A stretch of 57,888 nucleotides of DNA. Origin: an uncultured Eubacteriales bacterium (GTDB lineage Bacteria; Bacillota; Clostridia; Oscillospirales; Acutalibacteraceae). The stretch is taken from NCBI GenBank assembly GCA_900316925.1, contig ONEU01000048.1:1-57888 (forward strand). The letters run 5' to 3'. Positions 54,787-57,888 of this stretch are shown here, piece by piece (the stretch's first letter is position 1; the number at the start of each line of letters is the position of its first letter). The notes under the pieces are model-generated. The model was given only the letters and a program-made list of their open reading frames with translations. It had not been told where the DNA came from and ran no database searches. The translations under genes and the position numbers were made by a program.

Positions 54787-55518
54787 TCAGACGACAAAAC
54801 CGCCGTTAACGCCGAGAACCTGACCGGTGATGAACGAAGAACTGTCCTCGGCCAGAAACAGTATGGCTCTGGCAACATCAAAAGGAGTTCCCAGGGTTCC
54901 GGTAGGAGTTTCGTCACGCAGAGCGGCCATGTCGTCCTCCGAGAGCATTGCTGTCATCTCAGTGCGGATGACGCCCGGCGCTACGCAGTTCACCGTAATG
55001 CCGCTGAGACCTTCTTCCGTGGCCAGTGCTTTTGTCAGCCCGATGACGCCGGCTTTTGCGGCAGAGTAGTGCACTTCACATGAGCCGCCCACCTGTCCCC
55101 ACATGGAAGAAACATTGATGATCCTGCCGTATTTCCGGCGGATCATAGAGGGGAGAGCCTCACGGCAGCAATAGAAAACGCTGCTGAGATCGGTGTCGAG
55201 CATCCGTCTCCAATCCTCATCGGTAATATCCGTAAAGAGCTTTGTCTGTGCAATCCCGGCATTGTTTACCAGGACATCTGCGCCGCCGCATTGCTCTTCG
55301 ATCGTGCGAAACATCCTTCTGACTGCTTCCGGATCGGATACATCCGCCTGAATCACTTCGGCGGCGGCTCCCGACGCGCACAGTTCCTGCCGGAGAGCCT
55401 CGGCTTTCTGTAGGGAACGGCAGCAGTTGAGCCACACGCGATCCCCGTTCTGTGCGAACAAGCGGGCCGTTTCAGCACCGATGCCTCTTGAAGCGCCCGT
55501 GATGAGTACATTTCTCAT
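54787..55518 (-). CDS. Short-chain dehydrogenase/reductase (FabG-like 3-oxoacyl reductase family)
   Basis: TGASRGIG, NNAG, catalytic Y..AK (YSAAKAG), PG.I.T. Confidence 0.85.
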   Translation of the reverse strand: MRNVLITGASRGIGAETARLFAQNGDRVWLNCCRSLQKAEALRQELCASGAAAEVIQADVSDPEAVRRMFRTIEEQCGGADVLVNNAGIAQTKLFTDITDEDWRRMLDTDLSSVFYCCREALPSMIRRKYGRIINVSSMWGQVGGSCEVHYSAAKAGVIGLTKALATEEGLSGITVNCVAPGVIRTEMTAMLSEDDMAALRDETPTGTLGTPFDVARAILFLAEDSSSFITGQVLGVNGGFVV

Positions 55519-56030
55519 GGCCTGATCAGCACATCGACGATCTCGCCGACAAAGGTTTCGTGCCAGTCGTTGTCAGCATAGAAACGGTCGGGGAGCTCTT
55601 TGTCCAGGAAGCATCCGGCATCCATCGGCTGCTTGTAAAGCTTTTTGCAGATCAGCACCAGCTCAGCCTGCTCAAAAGCAGGGGCTTTTTCGTCAAACAC
55701 CGGTATCAGACCGGTCTCCTTCATTTTATCCACATCTCTGCCGGAGTTTTTGCCGCAGAAGGTCAGTTCCTTCATCATTTTGCCGTTAAAGAACGACAGG
55801 GAATAGTAATCATTGCTGTCCAGGAACTGCATGGTATGGCGGCTCTGGCGGATAAAGATAAATGAGACGTTCTTGTTCCAGAGCACACCGATACCGCCCC
55901 AGCTTGCCGTCATGGTATTGAAGCTGTGGGCGTCTCCGGCGCTGACGAGCATCCATTCTTTTCCCAGGCGGGTGAAGAAATCACCGCTCAGTGCTTTGAG
56001 ATCTGTTTTCTGAAATTGACTCATGGTCAT
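55515..56030 (-). CDS. Flavin reductase-like (FMN-binding split-barrel) protein
   Basis: FNTMTASWGG.G motif. 4-nt ATGA overlap with the downstream SDR gene. Confidence 0.7.
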   Translation of the reverse strand: MTMSQFQKTDLKALSGDFFTRLGKEWMLVSAGDAHSFNTMTASWGGIGVLWNKNVSFIFIRQSRHTMQFLDSNDYYSLSFFNGKMMKELTFCGKNSGRDVDKMKETGLIPVFDEKAPAFEQAELVLICKKLYKQPMDAGCFLDKELPDRFYADNDWHETFVGEIVDVLIRP

Positions 56031-56302
56031 TCCTCCTGAAATTGTTTTATTCCATTATACCATAGATGGCGGGGAGATAGCATCCCCTGAGACAAATATT
56101 TTTGAAGGGAGGAGCGAATGAAAAATATACATTATTTCTTGTATAAATGTATAAGATTACCGCAAAATATGGGATGCTTCAGAATGGAAATGACCGGATA
56201 TAGGAGCGGATCAGGACGAAGGAAGAAATATGTTGATAAGATATCTCTAAAACATCCTCAACAAGACAGCGAAAATCGTCAGAAACCGACAAAGTTTTGG
56301 CC

Positions 56303-56320
56303 TGCTGAATAAATATTCAA
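56303..56320. promoter_or_regulatory. ARG box (ArgR/AhrC operator) upstream of argG
   Basis: cTGAATAAATATTCAaa matches the TGAAT-wwww-ATTCA core perfectly. It lies 8 nt upstream of the -35 of the argG promoter. Confidence 0.6.
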
Positions 56321-56327
56321 ATACCTC

Positions 56328-56355
56328 TTGATTTTATGCAAAAAAGGTGTATAAT
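56328..56355 (+). promoter_or_regulatory. Sigma-A promoter of argG
   Basis: -35 TTGATT, 16-nt spacer, -10 TATAAT. Confidence 0.6.
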
Positions 56356-56407
56356 AGAAAACGTAATCTTTCGTACCAAGAAAAACACAACACGGAGGTC
56401 AATTATC

Positions 56408-57628
56408 ATGGGCGATATCAAAAAAGTAGTTCTTGCTTATTCCGGCGGACTGGACACATCCATCATCATTCCCTGGCTGAAGGAAAACTATGACAACTGC
56501 GAAGTGATCGCAGTATCCGGCGACGTCGGACAGGGCACCGAGCTTGACGGCCTGGAGGAAAAGGCAATCAAGACAGGCGCATCCAAGCTGTATATAGAAG
56601 ATCTGAACAAGGAGTTCATCGAGGAATATGTATTCCCGACCATCAAGGCAGACGCCGTGTATGAGAGCAAATATCTCCTCGGCACATCCTTTGCCAGACC
56701 GATCATTGCCAAGCGTATCGTAGAAATCGCACTCAAAGAGGGCGCTGACGCCATTTGCCACGGCTGCACCGGCAAGGGCAACGACCAGGTGCGTTTTGAG
56801 CTTGCCATCAAGGCATTTGCTCCGGATATGAAGATCATCGCTCCCTGGAGAGAGTGGGATATCAAGTCCCGAGACGAGGAGATCGACTACGCAGAGGCAC
56901 ACAACATTCCTCTGAAGATCACCAGAGAAACCAACTATTCCAAAGACAAAAATATCTGGCATATTTCACATGAAGGTCTTGACCTTGAAGATCCTGCCAA
57001 CGAGCCTATGTACAATAAGGAAGGCTTCCTGGAGCTGGGGGTATCCCCTGAGCAGGCTCCCGACAAGCCGACTTATGTCACCATTTCCTTTGAGAAGGGT
57101 ATCCCGGTTGCTGTTGACGGCGAGAAGCTGGGTGCTGTCGAGATCGTCAAAAAGCTCAACCAGCTTGGCGGCGAGAACGGTATCGGCATCGTTGATCTTG
57201 TAGAGAACAGACTGGTGGGCATGAAGTCCAGGGGCGTTTATGAGACTCCCGGCGGCACGATTCTGTACCATGCACACAACAAGCTCGAGGAGATCACTCT
57301 TGACAGAGATACCTATCACTACAAGCAGGAAGTCGCTCTGCGTTTTGCAGAGCTGGTATACTTCGGTCAGTGGTACACACCGCTGCGCAAGGCACTTTCC
57401 GCCTTTGTTGACTCCACCCAGGAGACCGTGACCGGCGATGTAAAGCTGAAGCTCTATAAGGGCAATATCATAGATGCCGGTGTCACCTCACCCTATTCTC
57501 TCTATGATCCCGACATTGCTACCTTCGATGAGGACGAGGTTTACAACCAGAAGGATTCCGCAGGCTTCATCAACCTCTTCGGACTTCCCATCAAGGTTCA
57601 GGCCAAGAAGAATCTGATCAAGGAATAA
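56408..57628 (+). CDS. argG: Argininosuccinate synthase
   Basis: [36 protein letters not shown]-like [13 protein letters not shown]. Confidence 0.96.
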   Translation: MGDIKKVVLAYSGGLDTSIIIPWLKENYDNCEVIAVSGDVGQGTELDGLEEKAIKTGASKLYIEDLNKEFIEEYVFPTIKADAVYESKYLLGTSFARPIIAKRIVEIALKEGADAICHGCTGKGNDQVRFELAIKAFAPDMKIIAPWREWDIKSRDEEIDYAEAHNIPLKITRETNYSKDKNIWHISHEGLDLEDPANEPMYNKEGFLELGVSPEQAPDKPTYVTISFEKGIPVAVDGEKLGAVEIVKKLNQLGGENGIGIVDLVENRLVGMKSRGVYETPGGTILYHAHNKLEEITLDRDTYHYKQEVALRFAELVYFGQWYTPLRKALSAFVDSTQETVTGDVKLKLYKGNIIDAGVTSPYSLYDPDIATFDEDEVYNQKDSAGFINLFGLPIKVQAKKNLIKE

Positions 57629-57657
57629 TCATTCATTGATATCACAGAAATATGTCA

Positions 57658-57687
57658 GGGCGAACAGTGAAGCTTCATTGTCCGCCC
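57658..57687 (+). terminator. Hairpin between argG and argH, a possible weak terminator or attenuator
   Basis: GGGCGAACAGTGAAG/CTTCATTGTCCGCCC (two mismatches) followed by GACTGTCGTTT. Confidence 0.3.
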
Positions 57688-57731
57688 GACTGTCGTTTAT
57701 ACAGAATCTACGAAAATAAGGAGTGAACGCC

Positions 57732-57888
57732 ATGAAGCTCTGGGCAGGAAGATTCTCCAAGGAGATCGACAAGAAAACCAATGACTTCAATTCATCCATA
57801 TCCTTTGACAGCCGGATGTACCGGGAGGACATCGAGGGGAGTATTGCCCACGCCGCCATGATCGGCGAGTGCGGGATCATCGAGAAGA
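57732..57888 (+). CDS. argH: Argininosuccinate lyase (5' part; continues beyond the window)
   Basis: The ATG at 57732 gives [52 protein letters not shown], a canonical ArgH N-terminus. The frame is open to the window end. Confidence 0.9.
   Translation, partial: MKLWAGRFSKEIDKKTNDFNSSISFDSRMYREDIEGSIAHAAMIGECGIIEK

Noticed and set aside
57629-57880. 83-aa minus-strand ORF at the right edge
   Set aside because: It lies antisense to the clear argH N-terminus ([11 protein letters not shown]...) and the argG-argH spacer, and has no RBS.

Overview
This window looks like a chromosomal core region of a moderate-GC, Clostridia-type Firmicute. That assignment is inferred from gene content, strong AGGAGG-type ribosome binding sites, and Bacillus/Clostridium-like synteny. 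Nearly all genes are on the + strand. In order they are: a 5'-truncated surface protein built of tandem Ig-like repeats; rplS; three tandem S26 signal-peptidase homologs (the first degenerate); rbgA broken by an in-frame TAG; rnhB; yraN; an unknown gene; an M19 dipeptidase; thrC; a metallophosphoesterase; tig-clpP-clpX; a PucR/CdaR-type regulator (-) divergent from a permease; a U32 peptidase; uvrB; a SUKH/SMI1 protein followed by parE, parC and an orphan InsA-like Zn-ribbon/HTH protein; secG; cca; dnaD-like and dnaI-like genes; degV; a NADAR protein; rnr; rnhA (-); rnj; gdpP-rplI-dnaB-tilS-hpt-ftsH; uvrA; a four-gene cassette with two cysteine-string proteins (one carries a J domain); a multidomain GH24 lysozyme; proC; an SDR and a flavin reductase (-); argG; and the start of argH. 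I saw no rRNA, tRNA, CRISPR array, prophage or complete IS element. The most unusual items are: (1) a MITE-like intergenic repeat family with terminal inverted repeats and a central palindrome, four same-orientation copies, three of them just upstream of sigma-A-like promoters; (2) the uvrA-distal J-domain/cysteine-string cassette; (3) the in-frame TAG in the normally essential rbgA; (4) an inactive S26 paralog ahead of two active ones; (5) the SUKH and InsA-like genes bracketing parE-parC. All calls rest on reading the sequence and recalling protein families. No database search was run, and hand-counted coordinates of small motifs may be off by a few nt.
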